Shown one piece after another: positions 35,691 through 44,514 of a DNA stretch of 64,000 bases; within the stretch, counting starts at the first letter, position 1, and each line of letters opens with the position of its first letter. The notes below the pieces were generated by a model. The model did not search any database. It was not told where the DNA came from and was given only the letters and a program-made list of their open reading frames with translations. This DNA is from Terriglobia bacterium (GTDB lineage Bacteria; Acidobacteriota; Terriglobia; Bryobacterales; Bryobacteraceae). Both the position numbers and the translations under genes were made by a program. The stretch covers positions 33,658 through 97,657 of the forward strand of contig CAVYEK010000021.1 in the NCBI GenBank assembly GCA_963767595.1, in the 5' to 3' direction.

Positions 35691-38600
35691 TCATGCGCGA
35701 ACCCCGGGAACAGCTCCGCCGTCCCTGGAGCGGGCGATCCTCCCGAGCATCGCCAGTAACTGGTCCATATCGACGGGCTTGGAGATGTAGTCGTCCATTC
35801 CCGATTCGAGGCAGCGTTCCCGGTCGCCCTTCATGGCATGAGCCGTGAGGGCCACGATGGAAACCCGGCCGCCGGTCCGGCTTTCGCGCTGGCGGATCCG
35901 GCCCGTGGCTTCAATGCCGTCCATCCGGGGCATCTGAACATCCATGAGGATCACGTCGAAGGGAAGCCGCTCCACCTTTTCCAGCGCTTCGACGCCGTTG
36001 GCTGCGGTGGCCACCGAGTGGCCGTTTTGCATAAGCACCTTCGAAACCAGTGTCCGGCTGGTGGGGTCGTCTTCCACCACCAGAATGGCCAGCGAAGGAC
36101 GATCCGGACAGGTGCGCATGAGGGGAGCCTCGACCGCCGCCGGGGGAACCTCCACGGCGCCGAAGCAGGCCGTAAAGTGGAAGACGCTCCCATGCTCTAA
36201 CTCGCTTTCCACCCAGATCTTGCCGTGCATGTTGCCGACGAGCCGCGCCGAGATGGTCAGGCCGAGACCGGTGCCGCCGTATTTCCGGGTAGAGGAGCCA
36301 TCCACCTGGCGGAATGGCTCGAAGATCAGCCGCTGCTGCGCGGGGGCTATGCCGATGCCGCTATCCCGGACGGTGAAGTGGAGCGCGGCGCCGCCGTCTC
36401 CGGCGGATTCGCGGCGCACCTCGGCCCGGACAAAGCCCTGGCTGGTGAATTTGACCGCGTTCCCGAGCAGATTCACCAGCACCTGGCGGAGGCGCGTGGA
36501 ATCGCCGAGCAACGCGTCGGGGACATCGGGATCGATGTCCCAGCTCAGATCCAGACCCTTGCGCGTGGCGTCCAGCGCGATGGCGCCGGCGGCGCCCGCC
36601 ACCGTTTCGCGCAGCGAGAAGGGTTCTTGCTCGGTCAACAGACTGCCGGCTTCGATCTTCGAGAAATCCAGGATGTCGTTGATGATCCGCAGAAGCCCCT
36701 GGGCGGAGCTTTCCACGGTCTCCAGATAATCGCGCTGGTCGGGGGTCAGGGATGTGTCGAGGGTGAGCTGGGTAAAGCCGATGATTCCGTTCATGGGCGT
36801 GCGGATCTCATGGCTCATGTTGGCCAGAAATTCGCTCTTGGCCCGGCTGGCGTCCTCCGCCCGGTCTCGGGCGGAGGCCAGCTCGGCGGTGCGCTCCGCG
36901 ATTTTCCGGTCGAGGCCGGCCAGCACCTCCTGCAACTCGGCGTTAAGATGTTCCCGCTCTCCCAGCGCCGACTGCAACGCGGTATAGGAAGCGGACAGGC
37001 GATTGGCCACCTGCTCGAAATCGCCGACAGCGTCGGCCAGTTCCCGCGGCGCGGTCTCCGGCAAGCGGACTTGCGGCACACGGCTGCTGTCGGCGGAAAA
37101 GGCGCGAAACGCGGCGAGGAGGGTTTCCACGGGGCGCAGGAAGCTGAGACTGAGCAAGCGGGAGAGAGGCAGGCACAGGGCGAAGACGACCAGCAGGCAC
37201 AGAGACGCGAAGAGATAGTGGAGCTCCGTCTGCAAGTAGACATCGGAGAAGGGCTGTTTCAACAGAATGCGCCAGCCGGTGAGCAGCGATGTGTCGGCGC
37301 CCACCAGGTAGGCTGCATTGGCTCCCGCGCTGTTTCGATCGTTGAAGCGGAAGGCGGCCTTCTTTCCAGCGTGGCGGGCGGCCGCCAACAGGGGAGAGTC
37401 TTCCCAGGATTCCATGGGCGTAGGCGTTTGGTCTCCGGCGGCGTAGATCACCTGCCCGGCGGGGTCGACGATGACCGCCGCAAAGCGATTCAGGCGCTCG
37501 GGCCGGTAGGAAAACTGAAACGCGGAGATCTTGAGGGAGCCGGTGACCACCGAATCGACCGATCCGTCCGCGGAGAGCACCGGAGCGCTCAAATAGATGA
37601 CGGGCTCGGCGTGGGCGCGGTCCCACATGACGTCGGAGACAATGGGCTTGCCGCCGGAGACGGTGCGGCGAAAGAACTCGCGGTCGCGGAGGCGCCCGCC
37701 TAAAGCGGTCTGGAGGGATGACGCCGCCGGTTCGGCGGCTCCCTGGACGTTGCCCTCGCGGTCGGCCAGGATCACATCCTCGAAATCCGGATAGACGACG
37801 GCCACGCGCGCCAGCCACCGATTGAGGAGGGGGCCGGAGCTTGTGCGATTGACGGCCAGGGAACCGGCCAGAGCCTGGACCGCCGACAGGTGACGAACCA
37901 CAATGGCGTCGATGTTTTCGCGGATCGCGAAGGCGGCTTCGGCGGAATAGTCCCGCGCATCGTTGTATTGGCGTTCCACATAGAGACGTCCGCTGACCAC
38001 GGTGACCAGCAGGAGGGGGAACGCGGCTATGGAGGCGAAGCGCTGGGAGAGATGGCGGCGCAGCGGAAGCGAGTGGATGGTCCGGCGCCCGGCGCCGCCG
38101 AGATTGCGGATTCCGGGCAGCGTTTCCAAGAACTGGGCGACGATGGCGTTGGAGAAGCCGTTGAGCGCCGGGGTGACGATGAGGACCCAACACTCGGGCG
38201 ACGGGTAGTGCAGAATGACGATGTAGGCCAACAGGGCGCAAGGCGAGCCGGCGGCCGCCCAGAACAGCAGTTCCCCCAACGGGGCCTGAATTCCGCGCCG
38301 CGCCATTACGCCGACGGCGAAGGCTTCCGCGCAGACCACCGGGAGGACGGGCCATCCAAAATGGGGAAGCAAAGCGAAACCCGAGAGGAGCGCGGCGGAC
38401 GCGCCGGCGAGGGGGCCAAACCGCAGCGCCGCCAGCAGGTAGAAAACGCCTCCGAAGTAGATCCCGACGTCCGGCAGAATGGAAATCCCAAAATGGTTGA
38501 GGAACAGGCCAAGCAAGCCCGCAACCGCGACCGCACCGGCGTCACGCCACTGGGGATGAAAGCGCCTCGGGGTCGCATATCGTGGGACATCCGGCTGGTT

Positions 38601-38702
38601 GCCACGGCCCGTGGAGAACGGCGCCGAAAGGCCCCCGTGTCCATCCACTGAGGATTGGATCGATGGCATCTCTACATTTGACTTATCGGCTGGTGAATGC
38701 AC
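35691..38702 (-). CDS. hybrid sensor histidine kinase: polytopic N-terminal membrane domain, Cache-like sensor, HisKA-HATPase, C-terminal receiver
   Basis: 1003 aa. '[20 protein letters not shown]' H-box, '[10 protein letters not shown]' and 'GTGLGLTIS' ATPase boxes, REC '[11 protein letters not shown]...[17 protein letters not shown]'. A Cache-like '[19 protein letters not shown]' region. The start (GTG 38702 or an internal ATG) is uncertain. Confidence 0.85.
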   Translation of the reverse strand: MHSPADKSNVEMPSIQSSVDGHGGLSAPFSTGRGNQPDVPRYATPRRFHPQWRDAGAVAVAGLLGLFLNHFGISILPDVGIYFGGVFYLLAALRFGPLAGASAALLSGFALLPHFGWPVLPVVCAEAFAVGVMARRGIQAPLGELLFWAAAGSPCALLAYIVILHYPSPECWVLIVTPALNGFSNAIVAQFLETLPGIRNLGGAGRRTIHSLPLRRHLSQRFASIAAFPLLLVTVVSGRLYVERQYNDARDYSAEAAFAIRENIDAIVVRHLSAVQALAGSLAVNRTSSGPLLNRWLARVAVVYPDFEDVILADREGNVQGAAEPAASSLQTALGGRLRDREFFRRTVSGGKPIVSDVMWDRAHAEPVIYLSAPVLSADGSVDSVVTGSLKISAFQFSYRPERLNRFAAVIVDPAGQVIYAAGDQTPTPMESWEDSPLLAAARHAGKKAAFRFNDRNSAGANAAYLVGADTSLLTGWRILLKQPFSDVYLQTELHYLFASLCLLVVFALCLPLSRLLSLSFLRPVETLLAAFRAFSADSSRVPQVRLPETAPRELADAVGDFEQVANRLSASYTALQSALGEREHLNAELQEVLAGLDRKIAERTAELASARDRAEDASRAKSEFLANMSHEIRTPMNGIIGFTQLTLDTSLTPDQRDYLETVESSAQGLLRIINDILDFSKIEAGSLLTEQEPFSLRETVAGAAGAIALDATRKGLDLSWDIDPDVPDALLGDSTRLRQVLVNLLGNAVKFTSQGFVRAEVRRESAGDGGAALHFTVRDSGIGIAPAQQRLIFEPFRQVDGSSTRKYGGTGLGLTISARLVGNMHGKIWVESELEHGSVFHFTACFGAVEVPPAAVEAPLMRTCPDRPSLAILVVEDDPTSRTLVSKVLMQNGHSVATAANGVEALEKVERLPFDVILMDVQMPRMDGIEATGRIRQRESRTGGRVSIVALTAHAMKGDRERCLESGMDDYISKPVDMDQLLAMLGRIARSRDGGAVPGVRA

Positions 38703-38741
38703 TTACTCTGTTTCCAATTGGTTTCAGTCTCGTTACAGAAA

Positions 38742-38833
38742 GGGCCGGGCTGGTACGAATACCGGGATGGCAGGCGAGACGCCCGCTCCATGCCGCACTC
38801 GATAATGGGCGCCATCCGCGCCGCGGACCACTA
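38742..38833 (-). repeat. solo copy of the structured 3'-end repeat unit, beginning at the TAG stop of the upstream acyltransferase gene
   Basis: About 75% identical over ~90 nt to 23381-23471, including 'ctcgataatg' and 'gcggaccactag'. The two small hairpins are preserved by compensatory changes. Confidence 0.55.
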
Positions 38834-40660
38834 GCGGCCCGTCACGGGCGCCCCCCGACCGGTGGCATGCCAGGCCGAGAAAGCGGCCGCTCCCGGCTTA
38901 CCCAGGTACCGCTCCAGCACGGCCGAAGGTAAGTTGCGCAGATCCACCAGGATCAAGGCGTCCAGGGCGTTGACGAAGCGGCGGTCCACGTTGAATCCCA
39001 GGAGCCGCCCTCCGGCTTTCAAATATTGCTTGATCAGAATGGGAACGCCCTTGCCGTCCCTCTCCACTCCCGCGACCAAGTCGGAGAGATCCTCAATGGC
39101 GGCGGGCGTCCGGCGCACCGCACCGGTGCGGCGGAACAGGCGTTCGGCGGGGCGGTACGCGCGGCGCGGGGCCACCCAGCGGGCCAGGTCGCCGGCGCCA
39201 TGCGCTTCGAGGAATTTCACCATGAGGTGCCGCGAGACCGGGTGATAGTCGTTGCTGATGCTCACCCCGCCGAACAGGGCGGCGCATTCCGGACGGCCGG
39301 CGACGTAGCGGCCAATGCCTTTCCAAAGCAGCAGCAGCGGCGCATACTGCTTTTGGTATTCCGGCCGAATGAAGGACCGGCCGAGCTCGATGGCCGGGCC
39401 GATGCGATCGAACAACTCCTTTCGAAAGCGGAACAGCGTACTGGTGTAAAGGCCGCGAATTCCATAACGCGGGAGGATGTCGGGCGTGGGGCCAAGCCGG
39501 TACGCCCCCGCAATTTCGCCGGCCTCCCCATTCCACAAGAAGAGGTGCAGATAATGCTCGTCGAACTCATCCAGGTCGATGGTTCGCCCGCTGCCCTCTC
39601 CCACCTGCCGGAAGGCGATCTCGCGCAGGCGGCCGATTTCGCGCGTCACGTGCGGGAGTTCTTCGGCGGTACCCAGGAAGGCCGCCAACTGGCCCGCCGC
39701 GCACAGCATCCGGCCGGCCGGCAGGCGGTCCACTTCCGCCGCCAACGCGCGCCGCGGAACGGTTGCGGCCACGCGCCGGAAGTTTCCAAAGGGCGCGACG
39801 CGCGGCGTCACCGGCGCGCGGCGTGTCCGGACTCCGGCCGAATCCAACAGGTAGGTTCGGCAGCGGAGGTACTCGGTGGCCTCGCGGGCGTCGGGGAACG
39901 ATTGCAGGGTGGCGTGGCTGATGGGCTGGCCAATCTTCAGGTGGACCGAACGGCCGCGTTTGTTCAGGAGTTCGCGCGGCAGGCTGGCCGTGCGCCAGCG
40001 TGGATGGAAGGCCCCCGTCACCTGGAACAGGACGCTGTTGGCGCCCTTGAAGAAGATCGGCAGTGCGGCCGCCCCCGCAATTTGCGCCAGCCGCGCCACG
40101 GTGGGATTCCACGGGGGATCGGCCAGAATCCCGTCTTTCCAGTTCAGGTGAGCCACTTCACCGGCCGGAAATGCGACCAGCGCTCCTCCGCGGCGAAGCC
40201 ACGCCAGGCACTCCCGCAGCGCGCCCGCATTGGCGGCGGCCAGGTCCGGGCGCCCGAATGGATCGATGAAGATGCACTTCTCCCACAGTTCCGGCACGGC
40301 GGCGAGCATCGAATTGGCCAGGATCCGGACGTCGGGCCGGATTCTCGGGAGAACATGCGCGAGGATGGCCCCTTCCAGCAACCCGAAGGGATGGTTGGCC
40401 ACGGCGACTACCGGACCCGACGGCGGGATTCGCGCGAGTTCCGAGGGATCGAGGTCGATGGTGATCTCAAGCTGCGCGAGCAGGGAAGCGATGGGGCCCT
40501 CGCTCACCGGGGAACAACGGGCCGCATCGATCACCGCACGCAGCCGGTGGAAGGAAAGCAACCTCTGGATCGCCGGTTCCACGGGCCCCAGGATGCTGCG
40601 CAGCGGTTCATCCAGGACTCCGGAAACGGCCGGCGGATCGAACGTGATGGGGATCGGCAT
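38831..40660 (-). CDS. bifunctional acyltransferase: N-terminal PlsC-like lysolipid acyltransferase plus C-terminal GNAT/OlsB-like N-acyltransferase (OlsF-like aminolipid synthase candidate)
   Basis: 609 aa. 'VVAVANHPFGLLEG' (HX4D/E box) and 'ALVAFPAGEV' for the PlsC-like part. 'LREIAFRQVGEGSGRTIDLDEFDEHYLHLFLW' and 'ELGRSFIRPEYQ' for the OlsB-like GNAT part. Confidence 0.65.
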   Translation of the reverse strand: MPIPITFDPPAVSGVLDEPLRSILGPVEPAIQRLLSFHRLRAVIDAARCSPVSEGPIASLLAQLEITIDLDPSELARIPPSGPVVAVANHPFGLLEGAILAHVLPRIRPDVRILANSMLAAVPELWEKCIFIDPFGRPDLAAANAGALRECLAWLRRGGALVAFPAGEVAHLNWKDGILADPPWNPTVARLAQIAGAAALPIFFKGANSVLFQVTGAFHPRWRTASLPRELLNKRGRSVHLKIGQPISHATLQSFPDAREATEYLRCRTYLLDSAGVRTRRAPVTPRVAPFGNFRRVAATVPRRALAAEVDRLPAGRMLCAAGQLAAFLGTAEELPHVTREIGRLREIAFRQVGEGSGRTIDLDEFDEHYLHLFLWNGEAGEIAGAYRLGPTPDILPRYGIRGLYTSTLFRFRKELFDRIGPAIELGRSFIRPEYQKQYAPLLLLWKGIGRYVAGRPECAALFGGVSISNDYHPVSRHLMVKFLEAHGAGDLARWVAPRRAYRPAERLFRRTGAVRRTPAAIEDLSDLVAGVERDGKGVPILIKQYLKAGGRLLGFNVDRRFVNALDALILVDLRNLPSAVLERYLGKPGAAAFSAWHATGRGAPVTGR

Positions 40661-41027
40661 GGTTCAGGACCTTTCGCCCCGGTATCTTCGGGCGGCGGAT
40701 CCCGGGGCGCCGGCCGCGCTTCGATGACGCGCGACCCGCAACTAATACATTTGGGCCTCGATGATTTCAATTGAATAAACAGGCCGTGAAGAATTCACCG
40801 ACGCGTTGACTCAGGCAACCGCTCGAGCGGCGGCCGTGTGCGACAGACGATCGTTTTTTGTCGTTTGTCGACGCCGGGGCGCTTCGCCGGAGCGGCCTGT
40901 CAGCCAAAACATTTTCGGGTCCGCACGTTTTCACAGGAAGATCACATCTCCGCCAAGGCTTTGTAACCGATTGCGGCGCAAGCTTGAGGTGGCGCCGGCT
41001 TGAGGCGGCGCCGGCCAAGGAGGGTTT

Positions 41028-42137
41028 GTGAAACCACCTAACGTGCATCCGCTCTGGCGGGAACCGGCGGCGATCCGGAAGTTCCGCACGGCGGTCTCGC
41101 TGCATGGGCACACCATGCATTCCCAGGAATGCCTCTCGTTTCTGCCGCGCTACCTGCGCCAGATTCCGGGCGTGTCGCAATTCGTCCGGCGGCGTCAAAG
41201 GCGTCCGGGCCTCGATTTCGCCAGAGCCTGGTGGACGCCGCCACTCAGCCCGGCGGGCGCTTTGCAAGTGGAGCGCAAGCAAATCGGCGATTTGGGGCTG
41301 CACCCGCTGGTTTCACTCACGGATCACGACGATATAGAAGCCGGCGCGGCGCTGGGGGTGACCGCGGAACGGAGCGAGGTCCCCATCTCGGTGGAGTGGA
41401 CCGCGCCGTACGGCCAATCGATTCTGCACCTGGGGATTCACAATCTGCCGGCGGGCGCGGAGCGCTCCTGGATGGCCGCCATGCGGGACTACACCGCGGC
41501 GCCCGAGGACGCGCGGCTGCCCGAACTGCTGAGCCCGCTGTCGAAAATCCCGGAGACGCTGATCGTCCTGAACCATCCGTTCTGGCGGGAAGAGGGGATT
41601 GGCGAGGCGGCCCATCAGCGCGCGATCGAGAGATTCCTGCCGGACTGCCGGGAGTGGATTCACGCCGTGGAACTGAATGGCACGCGGCCGTGGAAGGAGA
41701 ATGCGGCCACCATCGCCCTGGGGGAGGCGCACGGGCTGCCGACGATTTCCGGAGGGGACCGGCACGCCTGCGAACCGGCCGCCTGCCTCAATTTGACGAA
41801 TGCCCGGACCTTTCCCGAATTCGCCGCCGAGATCCGCCAGGGATCGAGTGTTCTGCTTTTCATGCCGCAGTACCGGGAGCCGCTGGGCCTCCGCTTCCTG
41901 GAAGCCATGTGGGACATCCTGCGGCCCTATCCCGAGTACCCCGGGCGGGAACGGTGGACCGACCGGATTTTCTATCGCGGCGAGGACGAGGTAGCCCGGC
42001 CACTCTCGATCCTCTGGCGGAACCGGGCGCCGTGGATGCTCCACGGGGCCGCCGCCGCGGTACAGCTTTTGGCGACCACCAAACTGCGTGCGGCCCTTCG
42101 CCTGCTCCTGGCGGATCGCGGAGAGGTGTTCCCGTGA
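41028..42137 (+). CDS. PHP-domain-like metal-dependent phosphoesterase
   Basis: 369 aa. 'VSLHGHTMHS', 'VSLTDHDDI' and 'ISGGDRH' resemble PHP motifs. GTG start with AAGGAGG upstream. Confidence 0.55.
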   Translation: MKPPNVHPLWREPAAIRKFRTAVSLHGHTMHSQECLSFLPRYLRQIPGVSQFVRRRQRRPGLDFARAWWTPPLSPAGALQVERKQIGDLGLHPLVSLTDHDDIEAGAALGVTAERSEVPISVEWTAPYGQSILHLGIHNLPAGAERSWMAAMRDYTAAPEDARLPELLSPLSKIPETLIVLNHPFWREEGIGEAAHQRAIERFLPDCREWIHAVELNGTRPWKENAATIALGEAHGLPTISGGDRHACEPAACLNLTNARTFPEFAAEIRQGSSVLLFMPQYREPLGLRFLEAMWDILRPYPEYPGRERWTDRIFYRGEDEVARPLSILWRNRAPWMLHGAAAAVQLLATTKLRAALRLLLADRGEVFP

Positions 42138-42172
42138 CCGTGGCCGCGCGCGTCGGGAAACAATCAAGGCTG

Positions 42173-42649
42173 ATGCAGCCGCTGCTCGATCTTGCGCTGC
42201 ATGGGATGTCTCCCGAAGCCATCGCTCTGAGCATCGCGCTGGGTTTTGCGCTGGGGCTGTTCCCGGTTCCCGGCTGCCCTACCCTGCTGTGCGCCCTGGC
42301 GGCGCTGATTCTGCGCTTGAACGGGCCGGCGGTTCAGGCGGTCAACTACCTTGTGTACCCTCTGCAATTGGCGCTGTTCGCGCCGTTCATGCGCCTGGGA
42401 GGACGGCTGTTCCCGGCGCCCGCGCGCCATCTCCCGGCCATCCTGCACGGCGGAGCATGGCGGGCGGCCGTCGGCGTTCTGGCCGCCGCTTCGCACGCCA
42501 TCGCCGGCTGGGTTTGCATCGGCGCCCCGGCTGGCCTGCTGGTTTATCTGCTGCTAACGTGCTGTCTTCGCCGCCGGGGCCGTGCGGAGAACCAATCAAA
42601 CGGTCGAAAACCTAGTCATTTCGTTTACAACGGCGCCGGCGGCGCATGA
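42173..42649 (+). CDS. DUF2062-like small polytopic membrane protein
   Basis: Only the last third of ORF 41129..42649 looks real ('MQPLLDLALHGMSPEAIALSIALGFALGLFPVPGCPTLLCALAALIL...'). An alternative start, GTG 42134, forms a GTGA overlap with the PHP gene stop. Confidence 0.5.
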   Translation: MQPLLDLALHGMSPEAIALSIALGFALGLFPVPGCPTLLCALAALILRLNGPAVQAVNYLVYPLQLALFAPFMRLGGRLFPAPARHLPAILHGGAWRAAVGVLAAASHAIAGWVCIGAPAGLLVYLLLTCCLRRRGRAENQSNGRKPSHFVYNGAGGA

Positions 42650-42836
42650 CGACCACGACCGCCGCGGCTGAAGCCGCGGCAGCGGTGAAGACGATGAGGG
42701 CAAGTTGTGAATACATAAATGTCTCCAGGGTTCCCGCCCGAAGTACTATTTCAGACTCCAGGATCCTTTGTAGGATACGCCCAGCCACGGGCTTTTGTTC
42801 CGCGAGTTGCGTTCCCGCCCGCGGGAACCGGGCAGC

Positions 42837-43841
42837 CTACTTCAGAGCCGCCACAGCCTTCAACAAATCCGGGTCGTTGGGCAGCAGTTCGAGCGCCTTT
42901 CGGTAGGCCGCGGCGGCGCTGTCCTTCAACCCTTTGTTCTTGAGGGCCTCCCCGAGATAATAGTAGGCCTGGGGCGATGGCTGCTGGGCGATGGCCTTTT
43001 CGAAATCCGCGATGGCTCCGTCCACGTCTCCGCCGTATCCGGGAGGAGCCATCAACCGGGCGATGCCGCGGCCGAGAAAAGCGACCCGGTTATGCGGGTC
43101 GAGCGATAGGGCCTTTTCGAATTCGTCCCCGGCGCCCATTCCATACTTCAGCATGTCCAGGGGATTCGCCTGAGCGAGGCTGTTCATCATGCGGCCTCTC
43201 CAGGCATGGGCGTCGGCGTTCTTGGGGTCCTTGGCGATCAGGGCGTCCGCCACCGCCAGGGCATCCGCATACTTCTTGGCGTTGAAGAGTTTCGTCAGCT
43301 CGCCCAACGACGGGTTGCCGGCTGAAGAAGCCGGCGTGTTCATTTCCCCCAGGTTCAGAGCCTGGACCATCACCGTGGTTTGTCCCGTCATCGCCGAGAT
43401 CAGCGGCGCAAGGTCCTGAACCGACCCGGACATCTCTCCGAGGTTTACCCCATTCACCATGAAGCTTACCTTTCGGTCCAGAATGGCCTGGATGACCTCA
43501 TGGAGATAAGAGGGCTTTTCCACCGGTTCCGGGAACATCTCCGCGCGAACGTCATCGCCCTCGACCACCAGGATTCCGAGCGGGACGGTCTTGGCGCCCA
43601 TGCCGCCGGCGAACGCGATGGCCGCCTGGCCGCCGCCAAGCCCGAACTGAACCTTGGCAAAGGGGATGACCGCGACGTCGCCGGAGCGAATCGGATCTCC
43701 GACCACGCTGCTGGTTTTCAGTTGCGAAACCAGCTTGTCGAATTCCGCCAACGGCGCGGCCAAAGGAGCCTGGGCTCTCGCCGGGATTCCCGGGAGAAGC
43801 AGGAAGGCCGCCATGAGAACAGTTTTTCGCATCGCTTTCAT
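42837..43841 (-). CDS. secreted protein: GerW/YtfJ-like N-terminal domain plus C-terminal TPR repeats
   Basis: Signal peptide 'MKAMRKTVLMAAFLLLPGIPARAQA'. 'VVGDPIRSGDVAVIPFAKVQFGLGGG' is the YtfJ/GerW motif. TPR-like 'YYYLGEALKNKGLKDSAAAAYRKALELLPNDP'. GAGGAGG RBS. Confidence 0.65.
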   Translation of the reverse strand: MKAMRKTVLMAAFLLLPGIPARAQAPLAAPLAEFDKLVSQLKTSSVVGDPIRSGDVAVIPFAKVQFGLGGGQAAIAFAGGMGAKTVPLGILVVEGDDVRAEMFPEPVEKPSYLHEVIQAILDRKVSFMVNGVNLGEMSGSVQDLAPLISAMTGQTTVMVQALNLGEMNTPASSAGNPSLGELTKLFNAKKYADALAVADALIAKDPKNADAHAWRGRMMNSLAQANPLDMLKYGMGAGDEFEKALSLDPHNRVAFLGRGIARLMAPPGYGGDVDGAIADFEKAIAQQPSPQAYYYLGEALKNKGLKDSAAAAYRKALELLPNDPDLLKAVAALK

Positions 43842-43851
43842 GATGGCCTCC

Positions 43852-44253
43852 TCACTTCACGGGGGGTTGGGCGACGCTTATGAAGCGCGTCCCTTTCCTG
43901 CCGATCGCGACAAATCCGAGGGGCCGGGCTTCGCCGCTCATAACGAACCCATCGGCGCCCGCGGATGGATTTTGGGATCCAGCCGCTCCACCCGGAGCAG
44001 CCATTCCTCCGCCCCCGAAGCTGACGTCGATCATCAGAATCGGTATCAGGGTGACCGAGCCCGCTTTTATGGGCTCGCCCACCACCGTCTTGACATGCAG
44101 ATCGTCGCTCAAACGCCGCGCCAAGGTACTGGCCAGATCGCTGCCCGGTGGCACGGCCGGCGCCTGGGGCTTGGTCCCCGGTTGGTTCTGGCCCGCGGCG
44201 ATGGACCCCAGCATCAGCGCGGCCACGACGACAATGACGATTCTCGGATTCAA
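43852..44253 (-). CDS. small exported GerW/YtfJ-like protein
   Basis: TTG 44253 with AGGAGG 5 nt upstream. 'VVGEPIKAGSVTLIPILMIDVSFGGGG' motif and an N-terminal hydrophobic segment. Co-oriented with 42837..43841, 10 nt upstream of it. Confidence 0.6.
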   Translation of the reverse strand: MNPRIVIVVVAALMLGSIAAGQNQPGTKPQAPAVPPGSDLASTLARRLSDDLHVKTVVGEPIKAGSVTLIPILMIDVSFGGGGMAAPGGAAGSQNPSAGADGFVMSGEARPLGFVAIGRKGTRFISVAQPPVK

Positions 44254-44514
44254 ACAAACCTCCTGAACGAGCTCTCGGGCATTGATGCCTGGCTGCCCGG
44301 CATCGCCCGGCTCGCCGCTAAACGATAATGGAACTCGGCCTGCGCTCCTGGCCGCCCTCGATTGTAGCTCCAAGCGGCCTAATCGGAGATGGTTCTCTCA
44401 TTCCCATGGCGCGCGAAGCGCCTGCCTCTAGCGCCGGGTTCGTCCGGTTGCCGTAGCCGCCAGAAGAACCCCATGCGCGGGAGACGGATTCCAGATATAA
44501 AGGTTGTGGAGTCC

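Noticed and set aside
36225-40774. Plus-strand ORFs 36225..37703, 37890..38651 and 39026..40774
   Set aside because: They are antisense shadows of the hybrid kinase and the OlsF-like gene.
41129-42172. N-terminal two thirds of the 506-aa ORF 41129..42649
   Set aside because: It is an out-of-frame overlap of the PHP-domain gene with junk composition. Only the membrane-protein-like tail from 42134 or 42173 was kept.
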